A DNA stretch of 64,000 bases from Paraspadella gotoi (lineage: Eukaryota > Animalia > Chaetognatha): the NCBI GenBank assembly GCA_051294375.1, contig CM119264.1:26975659-27039658 (forward strand), given 5' to 3'. The first letter of the stretch is position 1. Each line of letters opens with the position of its first letter. Under the pieces are notes generated by a model that ran no database searches, was not told where the DNA came from, and saw nothing but the letters and a program-made list of their open reading frames with translations. A program made the position numbers and the translations under genes. Positions 39,948 through 53,099 of this stretch are shown one piece after another.

Positions 39948-42900
39948 AAAAGTTGGCATGACAGCGGTTGGTAATAGGGGGAGAGAGCGTTTTTGCCTTC
40001 AGTGCCGAGAAGAGGCGAGAGAAGAAGAGAATCTGAGTTGGACAAAGGAAACACTGGGTTCTCTTGTTTCCCAACGATTTCGCAACGATTAATCATGGGA
40101 TGTGTAATTTGAAGACCGATTGGAATTTTATGACCCTTTGTTATGTTTTTTCTCAACTTCTAAATAATATATTAAAACATTAAATAAAGGCGTTTATCTA
40201 AGTTTTCTCTCTCTTAAAGGAAAAAAAAAATAATTGAGAGAGAAAAAAATTTTTTCCGTCAAAAATCGAGTCATTGTGAGGGCAAGACTTGTTATGCCCT
40301 CCGCAGCTATGATGCAGGCGATATTCAGTCATGGTGCCAGCAGGGAGGACGCTTCGATTTGCTTTTCTAGCGAAATGGAAACGGGCAATAGAATTGAGCT
40401 CGTGTTGGAGGGAGGGAGGCGGAGGGGGGGGGTAGAGGAACGGGGAGGCGAAAAGAGTTAAAGAATAACTCTTTATTCAATTATAAGTCCCTTCTGCCAG
40501 GAGGCGTACATATTTTATTGCTTTCTCGGTTACATCCGGGTTAAAGAATAAAGTAGAGTCAGTAATAATATTTATTGCAGACAGGTCATCGCATTTTAAA
40601 TCGATTAAAATGGAATCTTAATATCAAAGTTTCCTTGCAACAAAGAAAAATATATTTTTTTTTGTATCGATTTGTATAGATTTTTTTTCATTTATTGTTT
40701 GTTCGTTAGTCCTTCTGTTGGCATTCGTCATTGCTCGCGTCGTCTATTTGCGAAGACGTCTCTTGCAACGGTTGCCATCAACGTCTCAGGTCTCGCCAGA
40801 TGTGTCGACTTCACCTTGTCATATGACAAGCCTTTTTTGGGAAGGGTAGGGGGCACCTGGCGGGGAGACGGGGGTCGGGACGAAATCATAGACGTCAGAC
40901 ATTTGACGTCACAAGACGTTATGTCTTCTTTCTCCTCGCAGAGACTCTAGAATCAAAGGAAGAGTTTTTTCGTCAATGGCGCGAATGTCTCAGGGATGGT
41001 GGCGTTGATAGGATGTTGGCGTCAGTGGATTGATGTCTGACGGCGTCTCTGGGGTTTTGGCGTGTAAGGTAATGTCATGTAATGCCATGGCGTCACTGTC
41101 TAAAGTGTATATTTGACGTTAAAGCGACCCTCGCCCCCTTCCCGTCACAAAAGCGGTGGCGTCGAGACAGATTTAGCGTCAACCCGCCGCCCTAGGCGTC
41201 ACTAGGGCGTCTGACGTCACGCTTGTTTGCGTCTCTGAATTTTTAACGATCGTTGGCCGGTCGTGCGTCAATTCGGAGTCGCGACGCCTAACGATCTTTG
41301 TTGTCGTTGTTGTTGTTGTCACTGGGGCCTTCCGATGTTTTTGTTCTTGTTTCCCTTTAATGTTAATGTTTACGACTTGATGTTGTTTTCGAATCGTTTT
41401 ACGTAAATCTATCGTCGTTGCTTTTGATTGACGATTCGTTTGAATTCGTTTGTCAATTGAGTTTCAAAAATTAAACAGAATAAATACTTTCCTTTTTTTT
41501 TCCTCTGAGAGTCAAAAATTAAAAGTAAACATTTTCTCGATATTAAATTTACTCAGTAGCGTACAGTAGTTGTTTCGAGGTCTCCATTTTTAAAATTCGG
41601 AGAGTTTTCTAACCGCCAGCGATTTCCATTCTCCTCCAGCTTTCTTTAGGCTCGCGTATCTCCTTTCAAGATCAGCTAATGGAGTTGGTTGGAGTCGCGC
41701 CTTTTCTCTCTCTCTCTATGCAATCCTCGGATAAAAAGACCCTCGCGATTTTATCTCTTGGGACAAACAGATCTTCATTTCGTCCGAAAGAAAAAAAATA
41801 AGAGTCGAAAAAAAAGAAGAAATAAATACGTACCAAAAAAAAGAAAATAAAGAAGAAATAGCTTATATAATGGACGAAAATGTTGCAGTCTCGCGAGCTG
41901 ATGTTTCACTCGCTTACGTAGATGGACCAATAAGGAGGCGTCGTCGATTCCCGTCTGGACCAATGAGAGACCGAGAAATTTCATTTTCGTCTAACGTCTC
42001 GCCGCCGAGGATGAGGGCGGGTGAGGGCGGGTGAGGAGGGGGAGGGGGAGTTTCCCGGGAGGTTTGAAGTTGCGGAGTGAGGGAGAGTTGGGGAGGAAAA
42101 CTGAGCGGAATAGGGATGTGAAGTGAGAGAAGTGATGATGGCGACGAGGTTGTGAAGTGATAAATGAATCGCTGGTGCATAAAGTGAAAGTGAGACTTGA
42201 AAAATGGTGATAAAGGTGTGAGGATTGCGAAAACCTCGTTGCGATGGTGAATAGAAAATTCGGTTTAATTTCGTGACGTTGGGAAAGTCGAAAAATCACT
42301 GCGTCTCGTCGTTGTTGTTGTCGTCGTTATTTTTATGGACGTCGACGCCTCGGTCAACGCCCTAGATATTGCATAAAATTTAATTTCTTTTTCTCGCAAT
42401 GTTATATTACATTCGCCGACTTGGTAATAAAAATGCCAATTCCTTTTCGTTGACTAGAATGAAAAATCACAAAATGAACCCGAGCTCGATTGACAAATAA
42501 AATTTTATCGAACTGACGAATTGTCAGTCGGGACGAATGACAAATTGCGGATTCGATTTCTCGGAAATGACAGATGTCGCCGACTCGGGCTTCCTCGCGG
42601 TTGACAACTGGAAAAAAAAAGGGGGGAGGAAATTTAATATTTAACGCAGAATCGCGCGTTGACGAGTGAGTTTTGAGTTCGGGTGAGTTAGAATGGCGTG
42701 GTAGTAAGGCTGGGATGAGTGAATCCTACCTTCCTATTTTTCTGCCTCATTTTTTCGCCTCCATTTAAAATCAAACGCTTTCCGCCATATTAGCTAGCCG
42801 CGTTTATTATTAGTTTAGATTCTCATTAGGAATAGTATTAATAAAGCTAATCACGTTGATGTTATTGTTAATCAATAATGGCTCTTTCCATCGATATTTC

Positions 42901-43866
42901 TAATGTCATTTTTGTATTACCGCCTGCCTTATCCCTCCTTCAAAGCTTTTAATGCCAACTGCCAAATGCCACCTGCAGGCCATTAAAATCCGTCCGACAT
43001 CACAAATCCCAAAGTCCCTCGTAACAGGGATTCGCTTTTACGATTGAATGGATGCGAGAGAGAGAGAGAGAAAAATGAGAGAGAAAATCGGGTTGTTTAG
43101 GAGAAATTTAAAATAAGTTGATATAAAAAAAATTTAAAAATAAAAACAAAACTATTCGGTGGAAAATTTTAAAAGATTTATGAAAATTTTGTTAATATTT
43201 TTCACAAATTTTTACCAAAAAAGTTAATACAGAGATTTAAAAAATAAAAACTATACCAATTCCGGGAAAATTAACCAAAATGAGAATATAATAAAAAAAA
43301 AGGTCGGTTACAGGTCTCGATCTTTGTACCTTCCTACTCTTAGAATGAAACTTCTGGGAGCCGGAGAGCCAGTTAAGTCTTATTGTAAAATACATTTCCG
43401 GGTCTTTGTTTAGTTTTAATCGAAAAACCTCAAATGACTATTCTAATATATTATATTCCATCGACCCATCGCTCTATAAAAGTATAATCCTTTTCAAATC
43501 TCCCTAGTGTTAACTTCTGACGTTGGAAGGCAACGACTGAAACGGATCGATTTTCCGCTCGTTTCCATTCGAGGCCCCGATCCGGGTTCGTTCCAATGCT
43601 CGATCCCGCGCCGCCGCCTTACTCAACTTGTTTCGCGGTCGGAGAGAGAGAGACGATTTCTCGATTTCTCAGGATTCTCTCGTTTTTATTCTCCCGTCGG
43701 TGATTCGTTGTCTCGACTTGACAGCCGGTCTGTCTCCTCGGCCGTCTCTCTCTCCGTCTTTCTGGGTCACTCGCTCTCTATCTCTCTCTCGTTTGCTCTA
43801 TCGCCGGGACTCGCTTCCTTTCTCTATTTAAAATATCCGATCAAGACTGGCTAACCCGGTATCGGT

Positions 43867-43938
43867 GGTCCCATGGTGTAGTGGTTAGCACGTTGGACTT
43901 TGAATCCAGCAGCCCGAGTTCGAATCTCGGTGGGACCT
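43867..43938 (+). tRNA. tRNA-Gln(UUG): tRNA-Gln (anticodon TTG)
   Basis: GGTCCCATGGTGTAGTGGTTAGCACGTTGGACTTTGAATCCAGCAGCCCGAGTTCGAATCTCGGTGGGACCT; 72 nt, acceptor stem GGTCCCA/TGGGACC, A and B boxes. Confidence 0.96.
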
Positions 43939-43947
43939 TTTTTTTTC
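43938..43947 (+). terminator. RNA polymerase III oligo-dT terminator of tRNA-Gln
   Basis: T run directly after the tRNA 3' end. Confidence 0.8.
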
Positions 43948-44808
43948 AATCATTTTTAAAGAAGATTTTATGAAATTTTTCCCCTTTTTCATTCAATTCA
44001 TACGTTTGTCGTTTTATTAAATTTGTCTGTCTGTCTGTCTGTCATTCAATCTGAATTTCGCTTTTCATATGTTCATAACCATAATTTTAATGAAACCAAG
44101 TCACGTGCACCGTCTCACCTGCTCGCGTTCCATCTTTCTCTGTGATCTCTCTTCGTTCACCCCTTGTGAATCACCAGTCTTCGGCGAATCTTTCCCCTGT
44201 GATTGGATCACGTGCGGTCACGTCACAGACTGGATCCGCGCGAACCTTTTCACGGACGAACGATTTATCACCGCCGCCGCCGCCACCGCCGCCCACCGTT
44301 TCATTGGTTCCCGTGTCTCCCCAACGTCCAAAAGGGCGGAGGCGACGACGAAGTTAAATCGTCTGCTTGTCTTCTTTTTCTATCACATCCTCTCACTGTC
44401 ATTGAATTGATAAATTGTTATGAAGATGATAACTGATTATGATGATTAAGTGATTACGCTGATGAGGTTTTGAATTTCATTAGTGATTGGATAATTATAA
44501 AACCCCAGGATTTAGCAAACAGAAGGCTATTGATTTGATACGGCAAATATGCTTTATATATAATTATAGATTTCTTTTTACATCATACAACTATTTCGAG
44601 TTTGGCGGTATTACTCAATCTGAAAAAAAAAATCACTATTAAACATTAATAAACATAGAATGAGGTTTAATACAATCTTAAAATCTTAAATATCTTTCAA
44701 GTGTGTAGTGGATTCTCCCCAGTCTGGTTACTGGGTAGTCACCAACCCATTCACTTATCTTAATAGCTCTACTTGGAAAATGATTGTCATCATTATTTAT
44801 TTCTTCTT

Positions 44809-44839
<31 letters not shown>

Positions 44840-44901
44840 TCTAAATCGTTCCCCAAATCCTCGCAATGTTGTTCACGTGTGGTTCGCATCGGAAAAAGGC
44901 A

Positions 44902-44951
<50 letters not shown>

Positions 44952-45639
44952 AATGCTCAAACGCAAGCACTTTCCATTCCCCAAGGATTTTCCTTCCAGT
45001 GACGCAAAAGATAGAATTTTTTAAAACAACCTTCAATTAATTTTTTTGATAAATAATCACGTGCTCCCTTTTGAAGCTGTGCGAAAAAAAAGTATATATA
45101 TGTTTATATATTCACACATACGAGATTAAATAACTTATTTAGAACATTCTGTTTTATAACAGGTGTCCTTTATGGTGAAAAGCTACATACGAGAGAACAT
45201 AATCCAAGTGGCTTATTTTCTCATTTAGCCAATTCTCCCGTTTCTTTCCTTAGATCTAAGGCTCACCTCTCATGGTCCGGTTGACCTCACGAGGACAAAC
45301 AAACCATTACTCTTTCACTCAAACTATTGCAGCTCATAGCCAGAGTTTTTGTCACCTTACCATTCCTTACCTTTGGCCGTCACAACGCGTAATAGACGCA
45401 GAGCGAAACGAAATATATACATTATGTCTATATACCTCACGTCATCATTTTAATTTTCTTTAAGATTTCATAACGCCACAAGCCACATTTTTTCTCGTGG
45501 CGCTATACGCAACATCAGTTCCCTCATGTCACCATCAGCCCCATCAATTCGGCCCCTGGCGCCACCGGCCTTTCTTTCCTTTTTTTCTCCATCATTTTTC
45601 TTCGTTTTTCTTGACTTTTCCTCGATGCTCAAAGGCTTT

Positions 45640-45875
45640 CGCCTCTGACTTCGCCTCTGCTTTCAACTTTGCCTTTCGCCTTTGCCTTTTACATCGCTCC
45701 CGTCTTATACTTCGCCTTTGCTGTTTTCTTAGCCTTCGCCTTTGCCTTCGCCATCTTCGCCTCTGCATTATTCTTCGCCGTCACTTTTACCTTCGCCTTC
45801 TAATTTGACTTCGCCTTCGTCTTCTATCGCCTTTGCCTTCGCCTTCGCCTTCGCCTCCGCCTCTCCCTTCGCTTC
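45640..45875. repeat. Degenerate (TTCGCC/TTTGCC)n hexamer tract (mirror copies near 51030-51290 and 60710-60960)
   Basis: Repeated ttcgcc/tttgcc units. Confidence 0.8.
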
Positions 45876-46873
45876 CCCTCGACAGCCAACGAGAGATGAG
45901 TTTGAATCCTCGGTTCAATTTGCGTCATTCCATTCGACACGCGATGATTCTGACCGAAAAGAAAAAAACTGAGAATCAACGAAAACTAAGGAACGAAAAA
46001 CTAGGGAAAAGAAGGAAGGACGCAAAAAAAAAAAAAAGGAAAAGGGAAAATGTCAATGTTTCATGAGTGCAAATGGCGGCGGCGGTTGTGGCGGGGGATT
46101 GCTGATGCGGCGGCGGCGACGGCGGCGGCAGCGGTCATCGACTGCGGTCGAGCGCAATGATACGAGTGGGAAAGATGATTAAATAAATCTGAATTTCTTT
46201 TTTTTTATTCTTTTCCTCATATTTGTCATCGTCGTCGCGATTAGAGTCGCCGTCGTCGTTTTTATCGTTGTCGTTGTACACTCTCTCGGTTTCGTCTTCT
46301 TTTATATTTTATCTTTTGACGATATCCAAGCCCAACCCTGGCTTTCCTATGCTTTCAATTTCTACAAGATTTTTAAATATTTGGCAAATTTTTTTTTGAT
46401 ACTCGTACTGCCTTCTCCAATATGAAATTAAATTTATTCATAATAATACTTTCGTCGCATGTGAGTATGTTTAAAGAAGCTTCGGATACAACTTTCACTT
46501 AGTTCAGGTTAAGGTTTCACGTGAAAGTTTCGTTCCTCTCACACCTTTTTCCTCTCCACATTTTTATCATCATCATCTTCGCTTCGGTGTTTCTCCGGAA
46601 ACGATTACAGCGCTTGACCGAATTGCGCCACTAATTGCGCCATAAATTTTGGTCTCATATATCGTGTCAAGAATCGGGCCACAAATTACGCCACAAATTA
46701 CGTCATAATTCTCCTGAGACGTGAAAGTCGCCAGGATCAGAGGAGAAAAGAAGGACGGAGCGGAAAATCGAAGATGGATGGGCGTGGCTCATCTGAAGGC
46801 GGTGGAAAGGGAGGAAGAGGAGGGGAGGAAAGGAAAGAAGGAAAGAAATAAGGACGGAAAAGAGGAAAGGAAG

Positions 46874-46956
<83 letters not shown>

Positions 46957-47250
46957 AGGAAATATAAGAAAGGATAAATTAAAGGGAAAAAATGATGAAA
47001 AAAAGAAAAGAAAAAAAAAAGGGAAAAAAATATGAAGATGTAAAATGTTGACGTGATGATCATCACTCCTTTTCCCCTTAACTTTTTGTCTCTCCCTCCT
47101 TTGCAGTCGCTTGGTCATCTTTCGACCTCCAGCGGCTCAAACATAACTTACCACGGCCTCACCTCAGCCTCGTCAAACCGAGCGAAAGATTCGTGTTTGA
47201 ATAATCTCGTTGAGAGAGAAAAGTCAAGGGTCACACAAATAACCAAAGAA

Positions 47251-47364
47251 ATGGTTCACTTTGGTCTTTCTATTCCGTCTGTGTTTGGGGAGATATTTTG
47301 CATGGTTTTGTGTGTGGGTCGATTTTTTCTATTTTCGGGATGAGCGTTTCCGTGAATATCTCAG
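47251..47364 (+). CDS. Putative first coding exon with hydrophobic signal-like peptide (exon 47107-47364)
   Basis: Strong ctcctttgcag acceptor and cag|gtaaga donor. The two other copies carry one extra base at gggt(t)cgatt; adding it gives MVHFGLSIPSVFGEIFCMVLCVGSIFSIFGMSVSVNIS-G with a phase-1 intron. Confidence 0.4.
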
Positions 47365-47446
47365 GTAAGAGAAAAAAATAAAAAAGAAAGAAAAAAAGAA
47401 AGAAAAAAAGAAAACGTTTTGGGATCTTTTGTCTTTCTTCATTCAC

Positions 47447-47543
<97 letters not shown>

Positions 47544-47657
47544 GTTGGTTCGGATTAACACTTCCCATCGTCGTCGTCGATGTCGTTGTCGTGGGCCTTC
47601 GGCTTTCAATGGTCACGTGATTCGGAATCATATGACCAATAATCTCTCTCTCTCTCT

Positions 47658-47720
<63 letters not shown>

Positions 47721-47763
47721 TTCTTTCTCTCTGGCGGCTTCGGTTTGAAAAAAACGTGAGTTG

Positions 47764-47845
<82 letters not shown>

Positions 47846-49016
47846 GGCATAAATGAATTTCTCGGTCGTGGACTGCTTATCCATTCTGCTTCCGTCAGTC
47901 ACCGTGAAAACAGCTTAAAACTCGATTACGTTTTATTTTTTTTCGCTCTTCGATGTTTAATTTTCTAAAAAATCCAAATTCCAAAACCTAATAATATATT
48001 TAAAAATATTGTTCAATATGTCTCTTTACCAATAAGCGTTTTTTGGTCTTCGCTGGTGATTGAATATTTCAACGGAAATTCAATTTTCTTTTTATCTGAT
48101 AAAATTTTACCGCTGAAAAAAGTAACGGTTATTTTGAATAAAATGTTTCCTTGTTTGAGTCGAAAATGTTTCTTTGTGATGCGATGTGATATATTAAATA
48201 AGACTTCTAGTTTTGAAACTCGAGGTTTTCTTAAAATTTAGAGAATAAAAACTTGTTTAATTTATCATTAAGGATTTATAGTACTAAGCCTAACAGTGAT
48301 TGGCATGGCATTGGCGTGAAATGGTGTATCTCTGAAGATGTTAATGAATGTTTTTTCATATATTCTTCTGACGCGAATATGTGAGTGAGAGAGAGANNNN
48401 NNNNNNNNNNNNNNNNNNNNNTCCTCTCTCTCTCTCTTCTCTCTTCTCTCCCTCTCTCCACTCTCTCTCTCCTCTTTCCAACATATTCGCGTCAGAAGAA
48501 TAATATGAAAAACATTCAATTAACATCTTCAAGAGATACACCTTTCACGCCAATGCCATGCCAACACTGTTAGGCTTAGTATATAAATCCTTAATGATAA
48601 ATTAAACAAGTTTTTATTCTCTAAATTTTAAAGAAAACCTGAGTTCAAAAACTAGAAGTCTTATTTAATATATCAACATCGCATCACAAAGAAACATTTT
48701 CGACTCAAACAAGGAAACATTTTATTCAAAATAACCGTTACTTTTTTTCAGCGGTTAAAATTTTATCAGATAAAAGAAAATTGAATTTCCGTTGAAATAT
48801 TCAATCACCAGCGAAGACCAAAAAACGCTTATTGGTAAAGAGACATATTGAACAATATTTTTAAAATATATTATTTAGGTTTTGGAATTTGATTTTTTTA
48901 GAAAATTAAACATCGAAGAGCGAAAAAAAAAAAACGTAATCGAGTTTTAAGCTGTTTTTCAAGGTGACTGACGGAAGCAGAATGGATAAGCAGTCCACGA
49001 CCGAGAAAATTCATTT

Positions 49017-49114
<98 letters not shown>

Positions 49115-49155
49115 CAACTCACGTTTTTCAAACCGAAGCCGCCAGAGAGAAAGAA

Positions 49156-49221
<66 letters not shown>

Positions 49222-49336
49222 GAGAGAGAGAGATTATTGGTCATATGATTCCGAATCACGTGACCATTGAAAGCACCGAAGGCCCACGACAACGACATCA
49301 GACGACGACGATGGGAAGTGTTAATCCGAACACAAC

Positions 49337-49407
<71 letters not shown>

Positions 49408-52001
49408 GAGAGAGAGAGAGAGAGAGAGAGACGGTGAATGAAGAAAAGACAAAAGATCAAAACGTTTTCTTTTTTCTTTCTTTTTTTCTTTCTTTTTTAT
49501 TTTTTTTCTTTACCTGAGATATTCACGGAAACGCTCATCCCGAAAATAGAAAAAATCGATCCCACCACAAAAACCATGCAAATATCTCCCCAAACAACAG
49601 ACGGAATAGAAAGACCAAAGTGAACCATTTCTTTGTTATTTGTGTGTACCCCTTGACCTTTTCTCTCTCAACGAGATTATTTCAAACACGAATCTTTCGC
49701 TCGGTTTGACGAAGGCTGAGGTGAGGCCGTGGTAAGTTATGTTTGAGCCGCTGGAGGTCGAAAGAATGACCAAGCGACTGCAAAGGAGGGAGAGACAAAA
49801 AGTTAAGGGAAAAGGAGTTGAATGATCATCACGTCAAACATTTTAACATCTTCATATTTTTTTCCCTTTTTTTTTTTTCTTTCCTTTTTTCAATCATTTT
49901 TCCCTTTAATTTATCCTTTCTTATATTTCCTTCTTTTTTCTTCTTTCTTTTCTTTCTTTCCCTTTCTTATCTTTCTTCTTTTCTTTCTTTCTTTCTTCTT
50001 TCTCCTCTTTCTTTCTTTCTTTTTTCTCTTCCTTCCTTTCGTCTTTCTTTCCTTCTTTCCCTTTCCTCCCCTCTCTTCCTCCCTTTCCAGCCGGCCTCAG
50101 ATGAGCACGCCTCTCCATTCCCTTTCGATTTTCCCCGCTCGTCCTTCTTTCTCCTTGATCCTGGCGACTTCACGTCCAGGAGAATTATGAACGTAATTTG
50201 TGGCGGTAATTTGTGGCCCGATTCTTGACACGAATATATGAGACCAAAATTTATGGCGCATTATGCGCAATTTCGGTCAAGCGCTGTAATCGTTCCGGAG
50301 AAACACCGCAAGCGAAGATGAGGATGATAAAAATGTGGAGAAGAAAAAGGTGTGAGAGGAACGAAACTTTCACGGTGAAACCCTTAACCTGAACTAAGTG
50401 AAAGTTGTATCCGAACTTCTTTAAACATACTCACCATGCGACGAAAGTATTGATTATGAAATAAATTTAATTTCAATATTGGAGAAGGCAGTACGAAGTA
50501 TAAAAAAAAATTTGCCAAATATTTAAAATCTTGTAAGAAATTGAAAGCATAGGAAAGCCAGGGGTTGGCTTGGATATCGTCAAAAGATAAAAATAAAAAA
50601 GAAGACGAAACGAGAAGAGTGTACAACGACACGATAAAACGAAACGACCGGCGACTCTAATCGCGACGAACGATGACAAATAGAGGAAAAGAATAAAAAA
50701 AAAGAAAATTCAGATTTTTAATCACTTTCCACTCGTATCAAGGCTCGACGCAGTCGATGACCGTGGCTGCCGCGCCGCGCGCGCCTGCATCAACATCCCC
50801 TCGCCACAACGACCGGCCGCCGCCATTTTGCAACTCATAAAACATTGAACATTTTTCCTTTTTCCTTTTTTTTTTTTTTTGCCGTCCTTCCTTCTTTCCC
50901 TAGTTTTTTTGTTCCTTAGGTTTCGTTGATTTCAGTTTTTTTCATTTTCGTCAGAATCAAGTCCGCGTGTCGAATGGAATGACGCAAATTGAACCGGGAT
51001 TCAAACTCATCTCCGGTTGGCTGTCGAGGGGAAGCGAAGGGAGAGCGGAGGCGAAAGGCGAAAGGCGAAGGGCAAAAGGCGATAGAAGACGAAGGCGAAG
51101 TCAAATTGAAGGCGAAGGTAAAAGTGACGAGCGAAGAATAATGCAGAGGCGAAGATGGCGAAGGGCAAGGCGAAGGCTAAGAAACAGCAAAGGCGGAAGT
51201 AATAAGAGGGAGCGATGTACAAAGTGCAAAGCGAAAGGAAAGTTGAAAAGCAGAAGGCGAAAGTCAAGGCGAAAGCCCTTTGAGCATCGTAGGAAAAGTC
51301 AAGAAAAACGAGAAAAATGATAGGAGAAAAAAACAGGAAAGAAAGCCGGTGGCGCCAGGCGGCCGAATTTGGGGCTGATGTGTACATGAAGGGAACTGAT
51401 TTACGTATAGCCGGCCACGAGAAAAAATGTGGCTGTGGCGTTATGAATTAAAGAAAATTAAAATGATGACGTGAGGTATATAGACAATAATGAATAATTT
51501 CGTTTCGCTCTGCGTCTATTCGCGTTGTGACGGCCAAAGGTGAAAGGAATGGTAAGGTGACAAAAACTCTGGCTATGAGCTGCAATAGTTTGAGTGAAAG
51601 AGCTATGGTTTGTTTGTCCTCCGTGAGGTCAACCGGACCATGAGAGGTGAGCCTTAGATCTAAGGAAAAGAAACGGAGAAATTGGCTAAAATGAAAAATA
51701 ACCCACTTGGATTATTTCCTCTCGTATGTAGCTTTTCCACCATAAAGGACACCTGTTATAAAACAGAATGTTCTAAATAAAGTTATTTAAATCTCGTAAT
51801 GTGTGAATATATTAACGATATATATAGCTTTTTTTTCGCACACTTCAAAAGGAGCACGTATTAATTTATCAAAAAAATAAAATTGAAGTTGGTTTAAAAA
51901 ATTCTATCTTTTTGGTCACTGGAAGGAAAAATCTTGGGGAATGGAAAGTGTTTGCGTTTGAGGCATTGAAAGAGGAGGGAAGGAGTAGAGAGAGAAGAGG
52001 T

Positions 52002-52040
<39 letters not shown>

Positions 52041-53031
52041 GAGGAGATTGCCTTTTTCCGATCGAACCACAACGTGAACAACATTTTGCGAGAATTTGGG
52101 AACGATTTAGATAAGAAGAAGAAGAAGAAGAAAAGAAGAAAGAAGAAAGAAGCAAGAAGAAATAAATAATGATGACAATCATTTCCAAGTAGAGCTAATA
52201 AGATAAGTGAATGGGTTGGTGAACTACCCAGTAACCAACCTGGGGAGAATCCACTACACACTGAAAGATATTTAGATTAAGATTGTATGAAACCCATTCT
52301 TGTTTAATTAATGTTTAATAGTGATTTTTTTTTTCAAGATTGAGTAATACCGCCAAACTCGAAAATAGTTTTATGATGTAAAAAGAAATCTATAATTATT
52401 ATATACAAGCATATTTGCCCGTATCAAATCAATAGCCCCTTCGTTTGTAATCCTGGGGTTTTATAATTAATCCATCACTAATGAAATTCATAAACCTCAC
52501 AGCGTAATCATTAATCAATCATAATCATGTTATCAATCTCAATAACAATTTAACAATTCAATGACAGAGAGGATGTGTGAAAGAAAGAAGAACAAGCAGA
52601 CTGACTTTAACTCGTCGTCCGCGCTCTCCGCCCTTTTGGACGTTGGGGAGACACGGGAACCAAATGAAACGGTGGGACGGCGGTGCGGCGGCGGCGGTGA
52701 TAAATCGTGTGCGCCGTGAAAAGGTCGCGCGGAGTCCAGTCTGTTGACGTGACCGCACGAATGATCCAATCACAGGGAAAGATCGCCGAAGACGGTGATT
52801 CACAAGGGTGTGAACGAGAGAGAGTCACAGAGAAAGATGGAACGCGAGCAGGTGAGACGGTGCACGTGACTTGGTTTTCATTTAAATATAGGTTATGAAA
52901 CATATAAAAGCAAATTCAGCATTGAATGACAGACGAACAGACAGACAAATTTTAATAAAACAAACAAAACGTATGAATTGAATGAAAAAGGGGAAAAATT
53001 TCATAAAATCTTCTTTAAAAAGATTGAAAAA

Positions 53032-53099
53032 AGGTCCCACGAGATCAACTCGAGCTGCTGGATTCAAAGTCCACGTGCTAACCACTACAACATGGGACC
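53032..53099 (-). tRNA. Error-containing copy of tRNA-Gln(UUG) in the inverted duplicate
   Basis: Reverse complement of 43867-43938 with several deletions; same flanks. Confidence 0.6.

Noticed and set aside
46721-47902. Poly-RE/SL/KERK ORFs here and throughout the window
   Set aside because: Translations of (GA)n, (GAAA)n and (GAA)n microsatellites.
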